This document shows, in pieces, positions 12,080-26,119 of a stretch of 64,000 bases of DNA; position 1 is the first letter of the stretch; each line of letters opens with the position of its first letter. The notes beneath the pieces were generated by a model that worked only from the letters and a program-made list of their open reading frames with translations, searched no databases and was not told the DNA's origin. This DNA comes from Octopus bimaculoides (lineage: Eukaryota), in assembly GCF_001194135.2 (NCBI RefSeq), contig NC_068984.1, positions 18,444,279-18,508,278 on the forward strand. Direction: 5' to 3'. The position numbers and the translations under genes were made by a program.

Positions 12080-15000
12080 TTGTCCTTGATCAGTGATGAA
12101 TGAATCAGTGATAAAGGAGACTAAATATATGATTGGTTATATGAAATTTCTTAATAACATATTCAGTCTTTGGAATCTTAAATGTCATGTTTTGCGGTTG
12201 AAAGATTTTCAAATATTTATGTCTACATTCTCTTTGAATGACTTCCATCACCTATCACCATACGGTGTCTTAATAGATCTTTCTTTTCTTTTTTTTTTTT
12301 TATTTGTTTCAGTCATTAGACTATGGTCATGTTGGGGCACCCCCTTGAAAAATTTTAGGTGAATGAATCAACCCCAGTACTAAATTTTTTAAGCCTGGTA
12401 CCTATTCTATCAGTTTCTTTTGCCAAATTGCTAAGTTACAGGGACATAAACACACCAACACCACAGACACAAAGACACACGCACATATATTGTATGTATA
12501 TATGATGGGCTTCTTACAGTCTCTGTTTACTAAATCCACTCACATGGCTTTGGTCATCCTGAGGCTATAGTAGAAGACACTTGCCCACGGTGCTACTCAT
12601 TGGGACTGAACCTCAAACCATACCTGCACTGTACACACTGAGTCAAACTGGCAACTGATATTTTTAAATAAGTTATCCATTAGACTTCCGATTCATATAT
12701 GTAGTTCCCGGTTCAAATCCATCCTGGCACTATCTACACATCCAGGAATGAGACAACTGATGGCCATTGTGGTTGAAACCAATCTGAACATAGTGGGGAT
12801 GTATATGTTAAAGATGGTGCTAATTGTCTGGAAAATGGTCTGATAATTTTATTAACTCAACCTCAACTCAGACATTTCAATAAATGTCCTCTTTGAGAAA
12901 AGTATCATAATTTAGAGCTAATTTTTACATTACCTAATCACAACCATATTTAATATTCTTAACTTGGGAATGTTGACATTAAGTTACTATGGGAAACACT
13001 CTTTACTCATTCAGTAATATATTTGTCAGAGAATCATTTTGAGGTGTTCTTTAGTCACTGTATCCTAATCATGGCCAAAAATGAGGAATTTATCCCTAAG
13101 CACTTCTTAATGCTCTTACAAGCCCATATTCCATCTTTCTCAGTTGATGAATATTGCTTTCATATATTGAAGAGAAGGGCTCCCCACCCTCTCTCTCTCT
13201 CATAACAACAGTTCTCAGTTCTTCGTGAAAAATGAAAGTATCCTCTTTTGATTAGCTTAATTTATTTCATTAACAGGTTCCAGCTAGTGCCCCACCATTC
13301 AGCTGGGATTTCCTATTGCCTCTTTTAGCATTCATTATTCTGCTGCTCAGTACTTTATGGTTTCATACTAGCTATAATAAAACCATCTGTTCATCTAATT
13401 CTATTCTCTCCCTCTTCCCTCTTCACTTCTCCCTCTCGCTTTGTGATACATACACACTCTCTTTGCCTTTCACTTTCTCTCTTTGCCACTCTAACCTCCT
13501 TTTTCAATTTCCTTTCTGTTTTCCTTTCTTCACCTCTTTTCCTCTCACCTTTCTTTCTTCTCTTCCCCTCTGTGTTTAGATTGTTCTGCTTTCTCATCAA
13601 TTACCTGCCTTCATGCCATTCACAAAGTTGCATAAATCACCTTTCCTCCTTCTACTGAATGTAATTTATAGTTCCGTGGCTTAGTAATTAGAATGTTCAA
13701 ATCTTTGGCAGGCCTTAGGTTGTGACCATGACCATGGTTCAATGCACTGCTAGCCTCAGTCTACCTAGCTGAAAACTGTGTGCCACTTTGGAATTGAACG
13801 GTTCTTATTCACAGTGGCATCCATCTGTAAAAATATATATTTCAATAAATTTGTAACTCAGGCATGGTTGTGTGGTTAAGAAGTTTGCTTCCCAACCACG
13901 TGGTTTCTGGTTCAATCCCATTGCACAGCACTTTTGGGCAAATGTCTTTTACTGTAGCCTTGGGCCAACCAAACCTTGTAAGATGGAAACTGAAAGTTCT
14001 TCATAAAAATGATGGTGGTACTCCAGCATGACCACAGTTTCTGGCTGAAGCAAGTAAATTGAGGAAATTTGTAAATTCATTCTTTGGGCATGGTCATGTG
14101 GTCTAGAAGTTCACTTTGCAACTGGGTGGTTTGGTTTTAAGCCCACAATACAGAAAGTGTCTTCTGTCATGATTTTGTGCCAGCCAAAGCCTGTGAGAGA
14201 AATTCAGTTGATAGAAACTGTATTGAAGCCTGTTAAAAGCTTATTCCTATTTTTTATCTGTTGCCTTGTTTAACAATGCTCCTGGATCTTTGAGTCCACT
14301 TTGTTGTGAGACTCAAACAACTATCCAGTCTGAGAATAGCAATTAATAATTATTATGTTCCCTCTCACTAAGACTGAAAACTTGGCAAAGTTGTTAGGGT
14401 GTTGGATAAGATACTTCACAATGTTTGTTTTGACTCTCTGCATTCTGAGTTCAAACTCCACTGGGGTCAACTTTGCCTTTTCTCCTTTCAAGGTTAATAA
14501 AAAAGGTACCAAGCCAGAGAAGTGAACTGACAGAACTGTTAGAAAGTCAGGCTGGCAAGTTGTATTGGCTGAAATAGGTGGCCTTTTCCTTGAATACATG
14601 TATGTGTCATGGAAAGGAAAGATTCGCATGTATGGGCAATTGCTAGTCTTCCTCAAAAAAAAGATCTTCCTCTGACTAAACTTTAAAGAAAAATATAATG
14701 TAAAACCAGACAAAAATTTTTAATAAAACTCAGTGTGTCCAACTTAATATATTATCTCTTGTATATATATAATATATTATCAAAATTAATTTACAAAGGT
14801 ATCGTTAATTCTACTATTATCTAATGTAATAGATAATAATAGAATTAACAATACCTTTGTAAATTAATTTTAATAAATCATTTTTCTCATAAATCTTTAA
14901 CAAGATTATTTCACACTGGTAAGCTGCTGTGATTTTGGCGCGAAATGAATCAGTAGTGGCACAGACTTCAAAAAGATAAGTTGGGAATCTCTTATCTTGG

Positions 15001-15623
15001 TAATACATGCTGAAGAAGCTAAGGCTTATTGTGCCAATGTAGAAACTAGTCCATGTGAATCCAAATACTTAAATGTATGTAAGTAGATTGTCTTAACCAA
15101 ATTTGCCTTCATTTGATTTCTGTAGTTATCACCAGTGTATTTTTGGCGATTTAATAACAAGTTTTAACTGTTATTTCAAGCAGGTAGACATACTTAGTAT
15201 GTCCTTTGATTAATTTTAATTTTATAATATATTATCTTCCATTTTATCTTCAACAATCTGGTGCCTAGATATTTGAATAGTTGATGCTGTGCAGAAAGCA
15301 CTTGTGCTGATGCTACATAAAAAGCACCCAGTACATTCTGTAAAGTGGTTGGCATTAGGAAGGGCATCCAGCCATAGAAACCATGCCAAAACAGACGATT
15401 GGAACCTGGTGCAGCTCTTCAGCTGGCCAGCTCCTGTCAAACTGTCCAACCTATAGAGAATGGACATTGATGATGATGATGATGAGCTCTTTAATCAGTG
15501 GTTAAGACATTTGCTTCACAAACTTTGTGGTTTCAGGTTCATTCCTCCTATGCGCCTTCTGCCTTAGCCTCGGGCTAACCAAGGCTTTTGAGTGGAATTA
15601 GTAAACTGAAACTGTTTGGAAGC

Positions 15624-15660
<37 letters not shown>

Positions 15661-17222
15661 CACACACTTGTGTGTGTGTGTGTCGACATAAAGATGGTAT
15701 AATTGTTTGTATTATTGAGCTGTATGTCATTCAAAAGACCAAAGGAACTATTATCTTACTTGGAAACAAGTGAGCATTGGTGACAGAGAGGTAACTGGAT
15801 GTAGAAAATTGCCCTCATAATTCTTGGAAAAAGCAGGCATTAAAATGATGAAGAGGACGACAACAAATACTAACTTTATGACACTAAGACTGTCTATTCA
15901 ATTAAGCTGCAATGTACCTATTTTATCTTGTTTTATTGTAAGCTGTATAAAATGAATTCTGGATTTGTGATTATGAGTGCCTTGTTGTTTAGCCCAAGGT
16001 CAGCTCTAATTGAACAGTGCTATAATCAATGATAGTCCAACCATGATCATCTATTCATTTTACCATACATAGTGTATCTGGGATTATATCCTTCCCTTTT
16101 TTACTATTTTAGTGTGATTTCTAACAGACCAAAAGACCATGTAAAGAGGGAGATGTTCTCTCTAGTTGGTTTATAATTACAAACATTTTGTTTCATTATG
16201 AAAAAACCATAGTTTCTTATACTCAGATATATCTTTTGAAATTCTTAAAACTCTCAGCGTATGAATGGCTTTTGGTTAATGTTGATTTAAAATTATCCAA
16301 ACAACTTATCACAAATAAGGGGGTCAATTAATATGCTACCTGACTCATTGCTTCATTTCACAATTAAATATATCTTCATGCATGAAATGCTAGCAAAATC
16401 TGTATTTGGTTTCAGAATGCTTGAGCCGTGCCAAATAACAGTAGAACAAGAGCAGCCAATCAGACAGCAATTAGAATGATTATCATTGTTTCGTTGTTGT
16501 TGTTGTTGTCAATCTTCCGTCATTTTATTCTATCTGTATTCCTTTTGAAATACAATCTGTAAGTCGTTCATTAAATATTCTCTCTGCTCTTCTTGTGAAA
16601 TAACTATTTGTTTTGTATTTATTACTTCTTTCAACTTTGTACAAAACTTCACATTTCATTATCATTAGTTTATTATATTCTGCGTTTAGAAAATGTCACT
16701 TTAGAAAGCTTTTCTCATATATCTAATAAATCTCAAGTTCTGCCAGTTTCTAGTTTTAATCTAATAAAATTCTTTAATGATTCGATTCCTTCCCCTTCAC
16801 GTTCAGATATAATTTAAACTAGCCTTAGTTCGCTATAATAATTTCCTGGAGATATCCTAAAATTCATTTATGCCAAACCAGGATTTGATCATTAATTTCA
16901 TTTCTATCTTGTACAAACTCATCCACAATTTCTCAAAACATTTTAATATCAAATTTGGACAATAATATCTGTTATGACATCTCAGAAATCATTTTTGAAT
17001 CATTAAGTTTATAATTTCATTTCTAACATTTTTTGAGAGCGTCATGAATGTAATTATATATCTGTAATTAGTAGATAAATTTTAAATAATTTTTTTTTAA
17101 AGTTTCAGTTAATTTTTATTGAAAAACTTCTGCAACTCGAGACTTTCATATAAATAAACAAAACAAACTTTTTACAACATGTAGTATACTGGTATTGTTG
17201 GTTGCCAACAGAGAAAAACAAA

Positions 17223-17231
17223 TATTACTAA

Positions 17232-17271
<40 letters not shown>

Positions 17272-17630
17272 TTTATTATTCAGTAGTTTTATTTTTATAA
17301 CGTGCTTTCACTTCCCTACCGAGCACAGCTCTGTGTGCCTTGGGTATGTGCTGTGGTTTGCTGTGATGCTCTTATGGTTACTGTATTGAAAGTGTTTTGC
17401 GTAGGATGTGTGCAGTGCCCAATAGTGCAATTTCTGTATGTTATATATATTTGTAAGTCCTGATGTTTTTGTTATGTATTTGTCTGAGTATTTTTTTTAT
17501 TATACCTAAGGCGCCTACTATGATAGGAATTGTTTCTGTTTTTAGATTCCACATTCGAGTTACCTCTATTTCCAAGTCTTTGTATTTTGAAAGTTTCTCC
17601 ATTTCTTTTAGGGAAACGTTGTCATTAATT
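17223..17630 (-). mobile_element. R4/Dong-clade non-LTR retrotransposon 3' end (endonuclease C-terminus, 3' UTR, (TAA)n tail), cut by gap
   Basis: Minus strand: NDNVSLKEMEKLSKYKDLEIEVTRMWNLKTETIPIIVGALGIIKK/YSDKYITKTSGLTNIYNIQKIALLGTAHILRKTLSIQ* (stop 17378-17380). One extra A in an 8-A run shifts the frame. KE.EK..KY.DL..E..RMW, IP.IVGALG and QK..LLGTA.ILRK are R4-type motifs. Confidence 0.88.
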
Positions 17631-18466
17631 NNNNNNNNNNNNNNNNNNNNNNNNNNNNNNNNNNNNNNNNNNNNNNNNNNNNNNNNNNNNNNNNNNNNNN
17701 NNNNNNNNNNNNNNNNNNNNNNNNNNNNNNNNNNNNNNNNNNNNNNNNNNNNNNNNNNNNNNNNNNNNNNNNNNNNNNNNNNNNNNNNNNNNNNNNNNNN
17801 NNNNNNNNNNNNNNNNNNNNNNNNNNNNNNNNNNNNNNNNNNNNNNNNNNNNNNNNNNNNNNNNNNNNNNNNNNNNNNNNNNNNNNNNNNNNNNNNNNNN
17901 NNNNNNNNNNNNNNNNNNNNNNNNNNNNNNNNNNNNNNNNNNNNNNNNNNNNNNNNNNNNNNNNNNNNNNNNNNNNNNNNNNNNNNNNNNNNNNNNNNNN
18001 NNNNNNNNNNNNNNNNNNNNNNNNNNNNNNNNNNNNNNNNNNNNNNNNNNNNNNNNNNNNNNNNNNNNNNNNNNNNNNNNNNNNNNNNNNNNNNNNNNNN
18101 NNNNNNNNNNNNNNNNNNNNNNNNNNNNNNNNNNNNNNNNNNNNNNNNNNNNNNNNNNNNNNNNNNNNNNNNNNNNNNNNNNNNNNNNNNNNNNNNNNNN
18201 NNNNNNNNNNNNNNNNNNNNNNNNNNNNNNNNNNNNNNNNNNNNNNNNNNNNNNNNNNNNNNNNNNNNNNNNNNNNNNNNNNNNNNNNNNNNNNNNNNNN
18301 NNNNNNNNNNNNNNNNNNNNNNNNNNNNNNNNNNNNNNNNNNNNNNNNNNNNNNNNNNNNNNNNNNNNNNNNNNNNNNNNNNNNNNNNNNNNNNNNNNNN
18401 NNNNNNNNNNNNNNNNNNNNNNNNNNNNNNNNNNNNNNNNNNNNNNNNNNNNNNNNNNNNNNNNNT
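17631..18466. other. Assembly gap, 836 N (other gaps: 24236-24294, 31832-31958, 41384-41498, 50180-50189)
   Basis: Runs of N. Confidence 1.
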
Positions 18467-18712
18467 GGCACAAGCTGAATAGATTTTGGGATCGATCCAG
18501 TACTGGACAAGGATTCTGGATTATTTTTCCTGTTTTTTTTTTTAATTAATTTTTGAAAGCGGTCAGGTTCATTTTTAATATTCTCGTTTTTGAGAGCAGT
18601 CGAGTCTGTTTCAGATATTCTCATTTTAAAAATCATCTCTGGCTAATCGCTGAGAGTACGTTGGTGTTGCCTTGGCAGAGGTTTGCGCTTTCTCAGTGCT
18701 TTTATTATTATT
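18467..18712. repeat. Unclassified interspersed-repeat end next to the gap, ending in (TTA)n
   Basis: CpG-containing, complex sequence (gggatcgatccagtactgg...gcagaggtttgcgctttctcagtgc) unlike the flanking intron and unrelated to the R4 sequence across the gap. Class not established. Confidence 0.4.
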
Positions 18713-18944
18713 ATTATTGAAATGTGATGGCAGAATTGCGATAACTTTCGATAAAATGTTTAGTGGTATTTCTTCTAGTTCTTTACTTGCTAATTTCAAA
18801 TCCTGCTGAGACTAACTTTACCTTTCATCCTTTTAGAGTCGATAAAATAAGGTACCAGTCAAATACTGGGGTCAACATAATCAATTGACTCTCTAACTCT
18901 GAAATTGCTGGCCTTGTACTTAAATTTGAAACAATTATTATTAG

Positions 18945-18996
<52 letters not shown>

Positions 18997-20204
18997 TCTC
19001 TTTAGGGATAGCTGTTAGTATAATACAGAGAATATATTGTAAGATAAATTTGCAGTTACTTTATATACCCTGCCTGTGAAATGTTGTTTGTTGTACAGTT
19101 TGGCATGAGTCAGGAAGCTCTGGAAGTCTTTTAAATAAGAATGTCTAGGAAATATAAGAAATAGAGACACATACCTCCAAATAATACATTAGTTATTGTC
19201 CAGCTGTAGGTTAGCTCTGATCAATGACATTCTTAACGTGACCATCTCATTTTTACATTTTAGGCTAAGGTACGAGTTGAAGGGGGATTTAGCTGCTATT
19301 TCTAGCATGGCAAGCAACCACTTTGAGGCTCCCTTAGTGCATTAGTTGTAACTTTGGCCAGAGGTGGTTTCAATGCAAGAAATGTGAGTTAGAATAAAGT
19401 GGAAAGATATATTTATTAAAAGATTTGCTGAAGAAGCAATTACCTGTTGAATACTAATTGTGGATAGAAGTAGTAAAACTAGATTAAGATTGGTCAGTCA
19501 TGTTGCTTTAAGGTGGTGGCTGTCATAGTTGGAGAGGTATTTGCAAATTATGTAAGCTTTCAGTTTACTACAGAAAGCCATATTGGACTGAATTCTATGA
19601 AAGACATATGGACAGGACTATAATAAATTATATCATATATATGTGTGTATGTGTGTGTGCGTTTATAGCTGTTTAAGAATTCATTATTATCATCATTATG
19701 ATTATTGTTGTTATTATTTATGTCCTAATTAGTGTACATTTATGCTACTTTACAATCTATAAATCTGAAGTAGAGTAGATTCTGCTGTTAAAAGCATTCT
19801 TGAAATAATGTACATTTTAATATATGAATGTGCTAATGTATTGATTGTGTTTTTCTCTGAATGCATACAGCTACTTAGATCACTAATTTTAGGGAGCCCA
19901 TTTGTTGAAGATTTGCTGGGATATCTTAGGAATATATAAAAGTTCCCAAGGATATCATCCAGTTTTGATCTCAGCCAACAAGTGTTCACCTGAACAATTT
20001 TCTTATAGACTGGAATCTACTTGTAGACCAAATCTAAATAAATTCCTTGCTGAAATTGCTGCCAATCCTTAAATTGCTCACAGCATGCTAGTATGAAGCT
20101 TGAGCAACTCATCTGCTATTCATTTAGCCCTTTGTGTATGTTTGTGTGTGTGTATAGCTGCATGTGAGTGTGCACATGCAGATGTACACTCCCTCACACT
20201 CACT

Positions 20205-20206
20205 CA

Positions 20207-20296
<90 letters not shown>

Positions 20297-20297
20297 A
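20205..20297. repeat. (CT)n-(CA)n microsatellite, representative of many (TA)n, (CA)n, (CT)n, (TTA)n and (GATA)n tracts (e.g. 7132-7174, 18945-18995, 22293-22335, 29296-29337, 51136-51172)
   Basis: Direct reading of simple repeats. Confidence 0.98.
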
Positions 20298-22283
20298 GTG
20301 TGGAGAGAACTAATTCAAGTAAATTGAAGAGTAATAATTTATCATTTAAGGATTGAACAGCTGGTTACTGTAAGGTATTGAACCTTCCAATTCACACAGT
20401 AAATAGTTTTATTTATATAAGAGACAAGTGCACTGGCACTTAGCAAAGGTTTGATAAGTGTTGATGCATGAAACTCTTGGCTCTTTGGTCACTCCATAAC
20501 TTCTTCCAATTAAATAAAAAATATATTTTCATATTTTGAGTTCAATTTCCTTTATGTCACCAACTCTTCTCTCTTTTTGTATGTATGTGTGTGTGTGTGT
20601 TTATTAATTTTCATCTTATGTGTTACATTTATAATGTATGCCCTTGTGATTTGTTCTAAAGGTACATCATCATCGTCGTCGTTTAATGTACATGATTTGC
20701 CCTGTTAGGAAATTATTAAAATTAAGGGGCGCTGGGTCTTGTTACAAATTGGAAAATACTATTAATTTATAAGAAAAATATTTTTTCTCCTTTCTTTATC
20801 TTGACCAAACTATCAAATTTTGTTATATATCACTAGTTACAATGCTCGTCACATTGTTTTAGCTTTCAAATGATGCCACTCTGCTGGCTAGGAGAGCAGA
20901 TCAACACCACCCACTCCCCCAATCAGAAGGCTAATCTATCATAGAGTTACCCATCTACAGCTGAAGCCTTGGTCTCGAGACCACTCATGTCTAGAAACTG
21001 AGGTTGGGGGTAAACAAGGGCATGCTCCAAAAAAGCCTCATGATAGCAAAGAGAATGGGCACCAGCTACCCAGCCCAAAGTTTGGGGTGGGCTGCACCTT
21101 CCTACCTCAGTTGCTATGGCAATGAGGTAAATCCAACTACCTCCATTAACGGGGCCAAATTCAAGTTTGAAATACTGGATGATGATGATGCTAGTAAATG
21201 TTAAAAGTGAAGTATTTTGCTCAAGAAGATAATGTGCTACCTGGTCCAGGAATTGAACCCATGATCTAATGACTATGATTGCAACACCCTAGCCACTAGG
21301 CCACGTGCCTTCACAGTTACGTGTATATGAGACCAAAACCAACATTCAGAAACAAAATCTTTACTTGTTTTCCCTTTTTGTGATTTATAATCAAAAATTA
21401 GAATATTAAAATGTCCATTTACTTTATTTGAAATGTTTGTGTCTCACAGCATATTGCAAAATGACTCCTGCTGTTAATCTAATCTGTGCAAGCAGGGCAT
21501 TCAAAAAAAATTCTTTTTTTTTTTCATTTTACAGCATTTATTAGATATATTTCTGAAAATATTCACTTTATATTCCCGTCTATATTTATTAATTATTAAA
21601 TATTAATACATATAATATTGTTTTGTGTGCTATTTCTTTTTCCTGAAAAAATTGTGAACGTCTGTCTCATTTTTGTAGTGTTTTTTTTTTTCTCTCCTCT
21701 ATAATCAATCATTACATCGACTTTTATGTAACTAATGCAATAATTTAGAATGAATTAGTGTAAATCTGAGCAGGAGACAGTTTGAATATGCTCAGAAATC
21801 ACCTGAGAATTTCCGATGCCAGATGTTGGTTTAGAGAGAAAATACAGTCACTAAATCAGATAAAGAATTGTTGATGTCCAGTCATTTGATTGTTATCAGT
21901 TTAGTTGTGCAGCAAATAAAACATTGGACTGAACTAGCTATACCTGATCAAATAGTTTTCATTCTGTGTATCACGTAAGCATCAGAAGATAGATATAGAG
22001 ACGATGAGGATCATCATCATTGTCGTCATCATCATTGTCGTCATCATCATTTATTATCATTGCTCTGGTCAACTCTTTTGGCTCCATGCTATAACTAATC
22101 TTTCTCTCCAATCATATCAATATTTACCATTACTTTAGCCGAATCTTCTATTTAAGTCACGATATATCTGATGCTACTTAACTACTTACAGACTTTTTTC
22201 TTTGCTATTCTTCTGTAATTCCATACTGCTGTAATTGAAACATTTATTACTGTTTGTCGTTGCATACCTGTGGCGTATGTCTA

Positions 22284-22343
<60 letters not shown>

Positions 22344-23194
22344 ATTGTACATTCATACATACATACATACATGCTACATACATACATTCATTAGTAAGAT
22401 ACTTTACACAGATGTTTGTAGTTTTTTTCTTTATGCTGGCATGGTCAGACTGGTCTCACATCTCTTCACCTCCTGCCAGGCTATTTCAATGTCTGGTACA
22501 CACAGCAACAGAAAAGCCTGTCCAACTCTGCTAATTTATATGTCATTTAACATGGCGTCCACAGTTGGATCTCCTTCAGATCACCAACAACTATACAGCA
22601 TATACTGTATGCATTTCAGTGTGCCACCAGCCCTAGAAGATAATGTAGTCCAGGATACACTTTTACTGGAAAATATACACAACAAAAAGTGGTCATGATC
22701 GAATGGATTTTAATCATAAGTTTTGCTCAGTCAAGGCTGACCTGGGGGTAAACAGCAGCAACACTGAATTATAGGTATACTGCCTGACTGGCCCTCGTGT
22801 CGGTGGTACGTAAAAGCACCCACTACACTCTCGGAATGGTTGGCGTTAGGAAAGGCATCCAGCTGTAGAAACTCTGCCAGATCAGATTGGAGCCTGGTGC
22901 AGCCTTCTGGTTTGCCAGTCCTCAGTCAAATCGTCCAACCCATGCTAGCATGGAAAGCAGACATTAAACGATGATGATAATAATGGTGTTATGGTGGTTA
23001 TATTTTTTACATCTTTCTCCCCTTCTATTAAAAGCCTCATAAATAGTAAAATCTCCCTCATTTTACGATCTTAGATTGCCTTAAGGACACATTAGATCAT
23101 TTAGTTTTAGTTACTCTTTAACAAGCAGTGTAGACATAACTCAAAACTTGTAAATTTAGGTCATCTAAACAAAGCCAGCATTTTTAAAGGGAAG

Positions 23195-23388
23195 GATGTG
23201 ATCGTATGCCAGGGCTGCCTGACTGGTTCCCGTGCCAGTGGCGCATAAAAAGCACCATACGAACGTGGCCGATGCCAGTGACTCCTGACTGGCTTCCATG
23301 CCAGTAACACGTAAAAAGCGCTATCCAAACGTGAGCAATGCCAGGGCCGCCTGACTGGCTCCTGTGCCGGAGGCACATAAAAAGCACC
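23195..23388 (+). repeat. Three tandem 66-bp units of the family C internal repeat
   Basis: atgccag recurs at 23206, 23272 and 23338; unit about atgccagggccgcctgactggctcctgtgccggtggcacgtaaaaagcacc. Confidence 0.9.
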
Positions 23389-25621
23389 AGCTGACCGCAG
23401 TGCACAACTGGTACTTATTTTGCCGCTGCAGGATTTGAAACCAGAACATAAAGATAGATGAAACGCTGCTAAGCATTTTGCCCAGCATGCTAACGACTCT
23501 GCCAATTTACTGCCTTTACAACAAAATAAACAGGAAAGGTAATATTGATCATAATTGATGGGTGTGTAGTTATTGATTGAGACGATTTTTTTTTTTTTAG
23601 TTTTTTTTTTTTTTCAAAATATGACAAATAAATAGAGATCCTTTAAAAAATATGAAATTTCAAATTGGAGATTATCCAGTCAGGGGTAATGAGGGAAGCT
23701 TTAAGTTGAGTCTCCGAAAAATACTACAATATCTGTTTGAAACTCAATATGTACTTGATTTCATTTTGGTAACTCTTGCGAAGCACAAAAAAGAACCTTT
23801 ATATCTAAATTTTCATTAATACATGTATATATACATTGACACACAAACACATCTATGTATGTCTTATAGTATCGATATATATATATATATATATATATTA
23901 AAATGTATTTACTGGAAGAACTCTTTTTCATATTTGTTGTGTGTTGCATCTCTCTCCTCTCTCTCTTTCCCTTCTGTTTCTTCTATGAGAAGAATATACC
24001 CAGGTGGCAAACACACAAATATCATTATCTTTATTTACTTTACAAAATTTTCACTTTGTAAATGATTTACAAATAGTTTTTTTTTTTTTTTTGAAGTTAG
24101 TAAACCAACTTGAATAGACATTTAAAAAAAATAAAAACAGTTTCAAAGAAAAATAATTCACTAAACAAAATCAAACCAAATCAATGTATTCTATATTATT
24201 ATTATTATCATCATTATCATTATTATTATTATTATNNNNNNNNNNNNNNNNNNNNNNNNNNNNNNNNNNNNNNNNNNNNNNNNNNNNNNNNNNNTTATGT
24301 CTATTTTTGGTACTGTTTTTGATTCTTCTTCAAACCTTTACTATATATTATTCCCATCAAACAATGGTATTAGAATGTTTGGAACTTTTTGGTTTCTTTT
24401 GTTTGTTCGTTTTCGAGGTTTTTTTCTTTTTTCCTGTTACCAATTATTTTAAGATGTTACAAACTAGAAATAACTATTTTAAAAGTTAAAAATAAAATTT
24501 TGTACATACTATATTTATATATTTTCTCTCGCACCTTATATTGCCTTTCCTTAAAATTCTTGCAACTAGTTTGCTTCACCTCCTGCCACCCTCTATTAAA
24601 AATCATTGATTATAACAGAATCATATCCTGTTTCCACCTTCTGTCTCTGTTTCTGCTCCTGCTCCCTCTACCATAGTTTTCATTCTTCGTCTCCTGCCTG
24701 TGCGGAAAATGATATTCCCAAAATAATGGATGCTTGGAAAAACTGCAGTAATGTTCAATTAATGGAACATCACCTATCTTTCACAGTCACCTGTTGACAC
24801 TAAAATTCATATCTTGAAATAATGTCTGATTATAAATTCAAACTTTTTTCCCCGCTTCTAGATTTCAATCACATGTACTCCCGCACACATGCCCAAGCTT
24901 AGATGATGTGTCTACTCACACATATGGCCATGCATAGACCATATGTATCTGCACACACATATTTCCACACATACATTATATCGTTGTCTGCTCACCCATA
25001 TGCCCAATCATGCACTACATACATACATATGTTCATACCATGCGACTACTTCAGTGTTATATCTGTCAATAAGTATTGATTTCTCTTGACTAGGTTCAAG
25101 TCCAGTTTTTGTTATAGCTGGCTGTTGTTAGAGTTGGTTAAACCAATGCCAGTTTATTACTGGCAAATATTTTGTTGGCCTTGAAGGAATGAAAAGTAAT
25201 GCTTATTCTAATGTAATTTGAACATAAATGTTGTGGCATAAAAACACAAGACATACACTGTAATACATTTAGTAAGATGTTTATTGTTACTGCCTACTTC
25301 AATGTTAAAATAACTATTGGAATTTCTTTGTTTGGAATGTTATTTCTTGTATTTTTGCACTTTTTTTTTTATTCTGTTATGAATGAGTCAGAAGAGGAAA
25401 TGCTGTAGCAGTCATGACTTTTGTAAGCCACACTACTAGACAGATGAGATTGCATGAAGGTGATATCCATCCTGAATTATCTGTCTCAACAATGTGGATG
25501 TGGGGTGGCATCAGTAGGTTAATCATAATGCTTGCCACAGTGTGAACTCTGCTAAAGGCACCCAAGAACAAGATGAGAAGTGTGCTGTTGTTCAGTTCCT
25601 CCCTCCTAATCCCTGGATAGC

Positions 25622-26008
25622 TTGTTGTTGTTGGCACTCTGTCGCTTACGACGTCGAGGGTTCCAGTTGATCCGATCAGCGGAACAGCCTGCTCGTGAAA
25701 TTAATGTGCAAGTGGCTGAGCACTCCACAGACACGTGTACCCTTAACGTAGTTCTCGGGGATATTCAGCGTGACACAGAATGACAAGGCTGACCCTTTGA
25801 ATTACAGGCACAACAGAAACAGGAAGTAAGAGTGAAAGAAAATTGTGGTGAAAGAGTACAGCAGGGTTCGCCACCATCCCCTGCCAGAGCCTCGTGGAAT
25901 TTTAGGTGTTTTCGCTCAATAAACACTCACAACGCCCGGTCTGGGAATCGAAACCGCGATCCTATGACTGCGAGTCCGCTGCCCTAACCACTGGGCCATT
26001 GCGCCTCC
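25622..26008 (-). mobile_element. tRNA-derived SINE, family D, full length, CpG-rich (young), (CAA)n tail
   Basis: Head GGAGGCGCAATGGCCCAGTGGTTAGGGCAGCGG...GGTTTCGATTCC; 13-bp TSD atccYtggatagc at 25609-25621 and 26011-26023. Confidence 0.92.
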
Positions 26009-26119
26009 CCATCCTTGGATAGCATACTTAAACTAAAAGACATTCCAGCTGTGACCATTACATAGTTCTGAATTATCACTAACTTCAGTGTTTAACCCCA
26101 GGACAATGGTTTTTTTATC

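Noticed and set aside
16450-16475. CCAAT-box-like gcagccaatcaga as an internal promoter
   Set aside because: A single short motif with no supporting evidence; it is also common in transposon remnants.
17463-18636. ORFs of 282-342 aa in the track (also those at 24110-24489, 31780-32001, 41336-41781)
   Set aside because: They are open only because they run through Ns.
19916-19962. Short foldback ctgggatatc...gatatcatccag, and a similar one near 21876-21930
   Set aside because: About 16-17 interrupted pairs, within chance for this composition.
23195-23388. CRISPR-like appearance of the 66-bp repeats
   Set aside because: The units are contiguous with no unique spacers, belong to a dispersed retroelement family, and there are no cas genes in this eukaryotic intron.
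25940-26008. tRNA gene calls at SINE heads with A and B boxes
   Set aside because: The heads continue into SINE bodies with tails and TSDs, and no complete cloverleaf is evident.
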